The translations under genes were made by a program, and so were the position numbers. 13,222 nucleotides of DNA, from contig NW_021826155.1 of the NCBI RefSeq assembly GCF_006345805.1, forward strand, positions 1 through 13,222, given 5' to 3'. Source of the stretch: Octopus sinensis. Its lineage: Eukaryota. Below, in pieces: positions 1-7,494 of this stretch (position 1 is its first letter; every line of letters starts with the position of its first letter). Under the pieces are notes generated by a model. The model had not been told where the DNA came from. It ran no database searches and saw only the letters and a program-made list of their open reading frames with translations.

Positions 1-850
1 AAAAAGGAAATGAGAGAGAATGGGAGAAGGAAAAATAGCAAGAGAGGACATGACTAGAAAGAAAGAAGGAGAGGAAGGAAGGAAAGGAATGAAGGAAGAA
101 AAGGAATGAAGGAAGAAAAGAAATGAATGAAATAAAAGGAGAAAAAAGAAACGAGAGAGAATGAGAGAATGAGAGAAGGAAAAACAGCAAGAGAGGACGT
201 AACTAGAAAGAAAGAAGGAGAGGAAGGACGGAAAGGAATGAAGGAAGAAAAGGAATGAAGGAAGAAAAGGAATGAATGAAATAAAAGGAGAAAAAAGAAA
301 CGAGAGAGAATGAGAGAATGAGAGAAGGAAAAACAGCAAGAGAGGACGTAACTAGAAAGAAAGAAGGAGAGGAAGGAAGGAAGGAAAGGAATGAAGGAAG
401 AAAAGGAAATAATGAAATAAAAGAAGGAGAAAAAAGAAACGAGAGAGAGAATGAGAGAATGAGAGAAGGAAAAACAGCAAGAGAGGACATGACTAGAAAG
501 AAAGAAGGAGAGGAAGGAAGGAAAGGAATGAAGGAAGAAAAGGAAATAATGAAATAAAAGAAGGAGAAAAAAGAAACGAGAGAGAATGAGAGAATGAGAG
601 AAGGAAAAACAGCAAGAGAGGACATGACTAGAAAGAAAGAAGGAGAGGAAGGAAGGAAAGGAATGAAGGAAGAAAAGGAAAGAATGAAATAAAAGAAGGA
701 GAAAAAAGAAACGAGAGAGAATGAGAGAAGGAAAAACAGCAAGAGAGGACATGACTAGAAAGAAAGAAGGAGAGGAAGGAAGGAAAGGAATGAAGGAAGA
801 AAGAGAATGAAGGAAGAAAAGGAATGAAGGAAGAAAAGGAAAGAATGAAC
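1..850. repeat. Purine-rich (GA) minisatellite, about 6 units of 127-149 bp
   Basis: Anchor GCAAGAGAGGAC recurs at 38, 187, 336, 477, 612 and 739. The + strand is almost all A/G. It runs off the left edge of the window. Confidence 0.95.
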
Positions 851-969
851 GAATGAGCTAAAAATCAATTAATGGAATGGTAAATTCTATATAAATATAA
901 TCACAGTTTGGCTTTTCCAATAGAAAAGATTTCGGTCCTGGAAATTGGAGTAGAATTAATGACAGAAAA

Positions 970-1023
970 GGGGGGGGGGGGAGAAAGTGGGGGCTGGTAA
1001 GGGGCGGGGGGGAGACAGAGGGG
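970..1023 (+). other. G-rich tract with G-quadruplex-forming potential
   Basis: G runs at 970-981 (G12), 989-993, 1001-1004, 1006-1012 and 1020-1023 with short spacers. Structure formation is inferred only. Confidence 0.5.
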
Positions 1024-1077
1024 AGTTGTGGAAATGAGTTCTTCTCTTTCCCCTACTCCCTTCCTCCTGTATCTCTA

Positions 1078-1088
1078 TGTGTAGATAC

Positions 1089-1130
<42 letters not shown>

Positions 1131-1180
1131 TGTGCATATATGTTCATATATATATATACGTATGTGTATGTGTGTGTGCA

Positions 1181-1214
<34 letters not shown>

Positions 1215-1220
1215 GGAGAG
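1078..1220. repeat. Compound microsatellite (TG)n/(TA)n/(GA)n
   Basis: Directly visible dinucleotide runs. Confidence 0.95.
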
Positions 1221-1555
1221 GGTGTGCTGAAAAGTTCCTGGCTTTGGGTTAAAGAAAATAGAGGGGGGGATCAGTTAATTACGATTTTATTCACCGTGTT
1301 CCCTTCTCAAACTCACTCACTTATTGCAGTGGTCCTTCAGGTTTTCTAAGCCCCTGTAGAAGAACTCAGAATGTTGGGCCTCCAAACAGGCCCCTGTAGC
1401 AGGGATCACTTCCAAATCGGAGTGAAATTTCATTGCCTAGAGATGTTTCTTCAGTTGTGGAAAGGGGTGATAGTTGGGGGTGGGCAAGGCAGGAGAGTGA
1501 GGTGGGTGGTCTACCAATTTGAAGTCAAAGTCCACCCATCCATACATATGTGCAA
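1217..1555 (-). mobile_element. Tc1/mariner DNA transposon, 3'-end fragment (right TIR plus transposase C-terminus)
   Basis: GAGGGTGTGCTGAAAAGTTCCTGGCTTT (~1218-1245) resembles a mariner terminal inverted repeat and is followed by a decayed transposase C-terminus on the minus strand. No matching left TIR was found in the window. Confidence 0.8.
1287..1532 (-). pseudogene. Mariner-type transposase C-terminal remnant
   Basis: My translation: ...DFDFKLVDHPPHSPALPTPNYHPFPQLKKHL*AMKFHSDLEVIPATGACLEAQHSEFFYRGLENLKDHCNK*VSLRREHGE*. It matches the mariner HPPYSPDLAPSD...FYxxGIxxLxxRWxKCVxxxGxYVE* motifs, has 2 internal stops, and the third catalytic Asp position reads Asn. Confidence 0.85.
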
Positions 1556-1559
1556 TCAA

Positions 1560-1738
1560 GACGAAATTAAGTTATGGGGACGTAAACACACCAACATCGG
1601 TTGTCAAGTGATGGTGGGGCTACAAATACAGATGCACAAACATATATACCACACATACGTATACACGATGGGCTTCTTTCAGTTTCCATCTACCAAATCC
1701 ACTCACAAGACTTTGGTCGGCCCGAGGCTATAGTAGAA
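1560..1738 (-). mobile_element. SINE internal fragment (tRNA head missing)
   Basis: GGGGACGTAAACACACCAACATCGGTTGTCAAG...CTACCAAATCCACTCACAAG..TTTGGTCGGCCCGAGGCTATAGTAGAA resembles an abundant cephalopod SINE as I recall it. It overlaps in inverted orientation with the fragment at 1784-1949. Confidence 0.6.
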
Positions 1739-1783
1739 ACTGTATACATATATATTGGTCTGTGTACGGAAACAGACCAATAC

Positions 1784-1949
1784 CAATATTGGTTTGTTTA
1801 CGTTCCCATGACTTAGCAAAACGAAACTGATAGAATAAGTACTAGGCTGACAAAGAATAGGTTTTGGGATTGATTTGTTCGACTAAAGGCAGTGGTGCTC
1901 CAGTATGGCCACATTCAAATGGCTGAAACAGATGAAAGAATAAAAGAAT
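1784..1949 (+). mobile_element. SINE 3' fragment with short A-rich tail
   Basis: 1784-1814 is a 26/31 inverted match to 1569-1599. It continues through GGTGCTCCAGTATGGCCACATTCAAATGGCTGAAAC to a GAATAAAAGAAT tail. Family identity is from recall. Confidence 0.6.
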
Positions 1950-2054
1950 CATATCGAAATCTCAAAACTCCAAGATAATCCAAGATTAATGCAAAACAAT
2001 GTAAATAGATAATCTTTACATTTTGACAAGATAATCTAAATGCTATAGGATTAA
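1950..2054 (+). mobile_element. MITE-like repeat, 3' half (copy 1), ending in TTAA
   Basis: GAAATCTCAAA..AGATAAT..AGATTAAT.CAAAACA..GT aligns with 2710-2777. It ends AATGCTATAGGATTAA, an imperfect inverted match to the start of copy 2. Confidence 0.6.
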
Positions 2055-2204
2055 CTCTTTCGCATTCAAACCAGCCATTTCCATCCTGATATCGTATTTG
2101 TTTTATGTTCAAACTGGCCACATCTGGCTTCTCACACCTACCCGACAATGTCATTCTAAAAATAAACAATCACATCTTTGAAATCTCAAAGCTATGAGAT
2201 AATG
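2051..2204 (+). mobile_element. MITE-like repeat, 5' part (copy 2), starting at TTAA, possibly piggyBac-type
   Basis: Starts TTAACTCTTTCGCATTCAAA. 2116-2204 matches 2645-2733 at 81/89. The piggyBac link rests only on the TTAA boundary. Confidence 0.6.
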
Positions 2205-2634
2205 GTCTCAAGCATTTGTCTTATGAAGAAAGGCTGAAGACGCTCGACCTTTATTCTCTAGAGAAACGATGCCACCGTGGTGATCTCATTCTTGCTCACA
2301 ACATCATAAGTGGAAAGTGTAACCTCTCGAAAGAGCTGTTCTTCACTCCTGCTCCAGAGCGTAGGCTGCAGGGTTACTCCGAAAAGCTTTATCTGCGACG
2401 ATTTCATCTCAATCGAAGGAGAGGGGCTTTCTCCATCTGGGTTGCGGATCCGTGGAATAAGCTGCTGGATGAGATAGTGAAGATGCTGACGACCACTCAG
2501 TTCAAAGTCTCTCTTGACCAGAAATGGCCTGAACTCTTTGCATGAACACCCCTGTACATAACTCCATGTCCCCCTACATGGCCTTGCTTTTTGCTTTTTG
2601 AGCCAAAAAATTAACTTAACTTAACTTAACTTAA
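2204..2634 (+). mobile_element. CR1-clade LINE, 5'-truncated 3' end (ORF2 C-terminus, 3' UTR, (TTAAC)n tail)
   Basis: GLKHLSYEERLKTLDLYSLEKRCHRGDLI...FSIWVADPWNKL is a typical CR1/L2 ORF2 C-terminus; stop at 2543-2545. A 3'-UTR hairpin CCATGT-ccccct-ACATGG lies at 2564-2581 and the tail (TTAAC)4TTAA at 2611-2634. Confidence 0.9.
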
Positions 2635-2777
2635 TTCAAATCAAGGCCAGATCCAGCCTCTCACGCCTACCCTACAATGTCATTCTAAAAATAAACAATC
2701 ACATCATTGAAATCTCAAAGCTCTGAGATAATGCAGGATTAATTCAAAACATTGTTAACGAATTGACAGGATAATCT
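2635..2777 (+). mobile_element. MITE-like repeat, internal part (copy 3)
   Basis: Direct repeat of 2108-2204 and of 1957-2040. No terminal TTAA end is visible. Confidence 0.65.
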
Positions 2778-3196
2778 TCTCCCCCAGAAATTGAGAGCTA
2801 TCTTATGAGATTGTAGGCAAACCTTGCTCTTGGTCTCTGCATGGCATGGCACAAAAGAGCGGTTCCTGGAACAGCTGTGCCAGGATTTGACAGTTGGGTT
2901 GGATGATGGGAGTGCACTGCAAACCTTCCACAATGGGGAACTCATCCAAGCATCCTGAGAATTGAGACAATTCAGCCATCAAGTTGAGAGAATCTAGCTT
3001 CCAAACCAAAGTCCTGCCAAGAATCTCATGAAACAACTCTCAGTTTGTGGAAGAAAGAGAAGCAAAGCTCTTTAGGCAATGGCAGAAACATCTGAGAAGA
3101 TTTCAAACTGGATTTGGTCAGTAGAGAATGGGAGTAAGCTTCTGAAGGCATAATTTCACTTCTGGTCAGCTGGTGACATTATGATTATATATATAT

Positions 3197-3699
3197 GTGG
3201 CCCCTACCTGGGACGTAGTCAGTCCACCTGTGCATACCTTCCTTCTTGTGACACTTGTGAAGACCTGTTGAGGCAAGTGAAAATAGATGAACATCAATGG
3301 AATTTGTATCTTTGTGGTACCAGTGCCGGTGGCACACAAGAAAACCATCCGAACGTGGCCGTAGCCAGTACCGCATCGACTGGCCTCCGTGCTGTGGGCA
3401 CGTAACAAACACCATCCGATCGTGGCCGTTCGCCAGCCTCATCTGGCACCTGTGTCGGTGGCACATAAAAACACCATCCGAGCGTGGCCATCTGCCAGCC
3501 TCGTCTGGCACCTGTGTCGGTGGCACATAAAATCACCCACTACACTCTCGGAGTGGTTGGCGTTAGGAAGGGCATCCAGCTGTAGAAACACTGCCAGATC
3601 TGACTGGCCTGGTGCAGCCTTCGGGCTCCCCAGACCCCAGTTGAACCGTCCAACCCATGCTAGCATGGAAAGCGGACGTTAAGTGATGATGATGATGAT
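3197..3699 (+). mobile_element. RTE-LINE 3'-UTR-only copy (truncated LINE or LINE-derived non-autonomous element), copy A
   Basis: Shares the tail GGAGTGGTTGGCGTTAGGAAGGGCATCC...CCATGCTAGCATGGAAAGCGGACGTTAA(TGA)n with the RTE LINE at 6910-10600. It has one 67-bp and two 62-bp repeat units and (TA)n on both sides. Confidence 0.85.
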
Positions 3700-3761
3700 A
3701 TATATATATATATATATAAAGATATATATCCATATACACATACAGATATGTATATATATGT
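3698..3761. repeat. (TA)n-rich microsatellite
   Basis: Directly visible. Confidence 0.9.
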
Positions 3762-3911
3762 GTATTTGCATTAGGAAGGGCATCGAGGTGTAGATAGTTT
3801 GCCAAATAAGATTGGAGCCTTGTGCAGACTCCCAGCTTACCAGCTCTCTCTCATACCATCCAGCCCATGCCAGAAGGAAAGCGGACATTAAATGACAATG
3901 ATGATGATGAT
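3762..3911 (+). mobile_element. Older, diverged RTE 3'-tail fragment (copy C)
   Basis: GCATTAGGAAGGGCATC...CCCATGCCAGAAGGAAAGCGGACATTAAATGACAATGATGATGAT is a diverged version of the tail in copies A and B. Confidence 0.8.
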
Positions 3912-3913
3912 AT

Positions 3914-3978
<65 letters not shown>

Positions 3979-4202
3979 AAGAGGGGGATATATATATATA
4001 TATATAGTAAAAATAATTAAAAGGGCGGGCAACAGGCTGCTTCATATATATATATACACTTATATATATACATACATGTATATGTGTATACATATGTGTA
4101 TATGTGTATACATATATATATAGGCATGTGCGCACATATATACATACATACATACATACATATATTTATGTATGTATTTATATATTTATGTATGTGTATA
4201 TA
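3912..4202. repeat. Compound microsatellites (CA)n/(TA)n/(GA)n/(TACA)n with a short unique spacer (~4007-4043)
   Basis: Directly visible. Confidence 0.9.
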
Positions 4203-4329
4203 CTTTATTTAAAGCAGCAGAAAATTCAACAAAACTTGTTACTCGGAGTAATAAAGCATATTACTCTACCACTGGTATTTGAGTACTCTTTTTTCCACTT
4301 TGTTTCACATTTATGTGTTTACTCCAGTA
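4203..4329. repeat. Unclassified interspersed repeat fragment with internal inversion
   Basis: 4309-4329 is a 20/21 inverted match to 11441-11461. There is a 12-bp inverted repeat (4198-4209 vs 4250-4261) and a palindrome TTACTC-G-GAGTAA at 4239-4251. Confidence 0.5.
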
Positions 4330-4339
4330 TATATGTGTC

Positions 4340-5139
4340 TAACAAAATCAAAATAGATGAACATCAATGGAATTTGTATCTTTGTGGTACCAGTGCCGGT
4401 GGCACACAAGAAAACCATCCGAACGTGGCCGTAGCCAGTACCGCACCGACTGGCCTCCGTGCTGTGGGCACGTAACAATCACCATCCAATCGTGGCCGAT
4501 CGCCAGCCTAATCTGGCTCCTATGTCGGTGGCACATAAAAAACACCATCCGAGCGTGGTCGTCTGCTAGCCTTGTCTGGCACCTGTGTCGGTGGCACATA
4601 AAAACACCATCCGAGCGTGGCCGTTCGCCAGCCTCGTCTGGCACCTGTGTCGGTGGCACATAAAAACACCATCCGAGCGTGGCCGTTCGCCAGCCTCGTC
4701 TGGCACCTGTGTCGGTGGCACATAAAAACACCATCCGAGCGTGGTTGTCTGCTAGCCTTGTCTGGCACCTGTGTCGGTGGCACATAAAAACACCATCCGA
4801 GCGTGGCCGTTCGCCAGCCTCGTCTGGCACCTGTGTCGGTGGCACATAAAAACACCATCCGAGCGTGGTCCTCTGCTAGCCTTGTCTGGCACCTGTGTCG
4901 GTGGCACATAAAAACACCATCCGAGTGTGGATGTTCGCCAGCTTCGTCTGGCACCTGTGTCGGTGGCACATAAAATCACCCACTACACTCTCGGAGTGGT
5001 TGGCATTAGGAAGGGCATCAAGCTGTAGAAACACTGCCAGATCTGACTGGCCTGGTGCAGCCTTCGGGCTCCCCAGACCCCAGTTGAACCGTCCAACCCA
5101 TGCTAGCATGGAAAGCAGACGTTAAATGATGATGATGAT
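4340..5139 (+). mobile_element. RTE-LINE 3'-UTR-only copy B with expanded VNTR
   Basis: The 5' part is nearly identical to 3279-3470. The tail differs from copy A at about 4 positions over ~155 bp. It ends in (TGA)n followed by (TA)n. Confidence 0.88.
4481..4977 (+). repeat. Tandem array of 8 units of 62-63 bp inside copy B
   Basis: ACCATCC anchors at 4481, 4544, 4606, 4668, 4730, 4792, 4854 and 4916, preceded by a divergent 67-bp unit at 4414. Confidence 0.95.
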
Positions 5140-5233
5140 ATATATATATATATATATACATAAATATATATATCTGTATTTACATACATATATACACACA
5201 CACACAATCACTCACACTTACACCTACATGTAT

Positions 5234-5267
<34 letters not shown>
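5140..5267. repeat. (TA)n/(CA)n microsatellite
   Basis: Directly visible. Confidence 0.9.
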
Positions 5268-5269
<2 letters not shown>

Positions 5270-5542
5270 AGTGCCTGTGCACAGTACACAAAAGAACCAA
5301 CCTATGACCAAGAGATAGACAAAGAAAATTCCGGATGAACGAATTGACCAATCAGAGACAAGAATTGATCTGTTGATGTTTCCCCAAAATTGCTAAAAGT
5401 TATCAGTGTGTTAGAAAGGAGAGGATAATGGCTGTCAATTTGGATTTGATGTCAGTTCTCCTGTCTGCAATGGAACTGCGGCTTCCATTTAGAGCAGTGT
5501 ACGTGTCTATGTAAATGGCTCTATGTGGATGTGCGCTTTGTG

Positions 5543-5673
5543 GGTGTGTGTATATGTGTGTATGTATGTATGTATGTATGTATGTATGTATGTATGAATG
5601 TATGTATTATGTATGTATGTATGTATATATATATATATATGTATGTATATATATGTATATATATATATGTATA

Positions 5674-5724
<51 letters not shown>

Positions 5725-5806
5725 ATATATGTATATATATATATATATGTATATATATGGATGTATATATATGTATATATATATATGTATATACATGTAT
5801 GTATAC

Positions 5807-5885
<79 letters not shown>

Positions 5886-5893
5886 GTATATAT
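5543..5893. repeat. Long (TATG)n/(TA)n microsatellite, about 350 bp
   Basis: Directly visible. It produces the Ile/Tyr-rich spurious ORFs in the track. Confidence 0.95.
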
Positions 5894-6829
5894 TGGCATG
5901 TAGCAGCTCACAGAGAGGATCACCTCCAACAGATCCTAAATGCTTTTCATCATGCATATACTAAACTTGGACTGAGCATCAACATCAAGAAGACTCACTT
6001 ACTCTACCAACCTCCCCCAAATGCCCGTGTTGACAACCTGCCATCGATTCAACTCGAAGGAATTCCACTGGAAAATGTGAACCACTTCTGCTACCTTGGG
6101 AGCCATCTGTCAGCAAAGGTAGGCCTCAGCGATGAAATCCAACACCGTCTGAAGTGTGCAGGAACAGCTTTCGGCAAGCTTCAAACAAGAGATTTTGCTG
6201 ATCGGTACATCCGAACCGAAACCAAACTCATGGTGTACAGGGCAGTCATTATTCCGACCCTCCTTTACGCATCCGAAACCTTGACCCCGTATAGTCACCA
6301 CCTGAAAGCGCTCGAGAAATTTCACCAACGCTGTCTTCAGAAGATCCTCAACATCAACTGGGAAGACAGAAGAACAAACGTCAGCGTGCTACAAGAAGCA
6401 AAAATGACCCGCATCGAAGCCTATGTCATCAAAGGCCAACTAAGATGGAGCGGTCACGTGGTTAGAATGACTGACGATCGACTTCCCAAAGAGATCTACT
6501 CCCAACTCAAAGACGGCAAGCGTACAAAAGGAGGCCAGAAGAAACGCTACAAGGACTTCCTGAAAACGAACCTCAAAAAGTGTGACATCGAATTCACTAA
6601 CTGGGAGGAAAAGGCAAAAAACAGACCACTCTGGAAAACCACCATCCATAAGGGAACGGCGACATTCGAGTCGAAAAGGTCTGCAGAGCTGGAGGAGAAA
6701 AGACGACGACGGAAGGAGCGCCAACAACAACCACTTGCGACTCTCCCTTCCGGCACTAGATGTCCGCACTGCGACCGATCTTTTCCAGCAAGAATTGGTC
6801 TTATCGGTCACCTACGGACTCATCAGTAA
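5894..6829 (+). pseudogene. Truncated RTE reverse transcriptase C-terminal region with C2H2 zinc finger
   Basis: The open frame contains [36 protein letters not shown] and a C-terminal CPHC-x12-H-x3-H (6761-6823). It starts just after the expected YADD motif. The N-terminal 123 aa of the 434-aa ORF call are microsatellite. Confidence 0.9.
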
Positions 6830-6886
6830 ATTTGCGCGAAGACCATCATCCTCGACCTTGAGGGATTGCCATAGCAGTAGTAGTAA
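5894..6886 (+). mobile_element. RTE-clade (BovB-like) LINE, 5'-truncated
   Basis: RT C-terminal half, then a short 3' UTR (ATCATCCTCGACCTTGAGGGATTGCC) and an (AGT)n tail at ~6876-6886. Confidence 0.88.
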
Positions 6887-7082
6887 TATGTATATATGTA
6901 TGTATATATATCATCATCATCATCATCATCATTTAGCATCCGCTTTCCATGCTAGCATGGGTTGGACGGGTCAACTGGGGTCTGGGGAGCTGGAAGGCTT
7001 CGTCAGGCCCAGTCAGATCTGGCAGTGTTTCTACGGCTGGATGCCCTTCCTAACGCCAACCACTCTGCGAGTGTAGTGGGTG

Positions 7083-7448
7083 TTTTTTACATGCCACCTG
7101 CACAGGTGCCAGACAGAGCTGGCAAACGGCCACGAACGGATGGTGCTTTTACGTGTCACCGGCACGGGGCCAGGCGATGCTGGCAACGGACACGAACGGA
7201 TGGTGCTTTTACGTGCCACCGACACGGTTGCCAGACAGAGCTGGCACACAGCCACGAACGGACGGTGCTTTTACGTGTCACCGACACGGGGGCCAGCCGA
7301 GGCTGGCAACGGACATGAACGGATGGTGCTTTTACGTGCCACCGACACGGGGCCAGACAGAGCTGGCAAACGGCCACGAATGGATGGTGCTTTTACGTGT
7401 CACCGGCACAGGGCCAGGCGAGGCTGGCAACGAACACGAACGGATGGG
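7083..7448 (-). repeat. Six 60-62 bp tandem units in the LINE 3' UTR, strictly alternating between two variants
   Basis: GGA(T/C)GG anchors at 7138, 7198, 7260, 7321, 7382 and 7442. Units alternate CCAGACAGAGCTGGCA and CCAG(G/C)CGA(G/T)GCTGGCA. Confidence 0.92.
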
Positions 7449-7494
7449 TCACTTAACCCCTGCTTTCTGATATATGATTTGATTTTGATTGTTC

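Noticed and set aside
54-752. Hydrophobic Phe/Ser/Leu-rich ORFs (232 and 179 aa) resembling membrane proteins
   Set aside because: They are translations of the pyrimidine strand of the GA minisatellite.
1371-1733. 120-aa plus-strand ORF
   Set aside because: It spans the antisense strand of the mariner remnant and a SINE fragment, so it is a chance chimera.
1560-1949. tRNA gene or tRNA-derived SINE head
   Set aside because: No A-box/B-box pair or cloverleaf is visible in either fragment.
2780-3180. Moderately GC-rich segment with short ORFs (68 and 77 aa) and a faint resemblance to a decayed LINE ORF2 C-terminus
   Set aside because: No diagnostic motif could be aligned with confidence and the frames contain stops. 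A TBLASTX or Dfam search would be needed.
4414-4977. CRISPR-like repeat array
   Set aside because: Units are contiguous tandem copies with no unique spacers, there are no cas genes, and the array sits inside a LINE 3' UTR in eukaryotic DNA.
3166-5125. Many Cys/His/Arg-rich ORFs with repeated motifs (MCHRHRCQ..., also at 6962-7568 and 11807-12468)
   Set aside because: They arise from the GC-rich 62-bp tandem unit, whose period is not a multiple of 3, so the same peptides cycle through frames.
5507-5964. Ile/Tyr-rich ORFs and the N-terminal 123 aa of the 434-aa ORF (similar calls at 1077, 3679-4153, 5126 and 11067-11737)
   Set aside because: They are translations of (TA)n/(TG)n/(TATG)n microsatellites.
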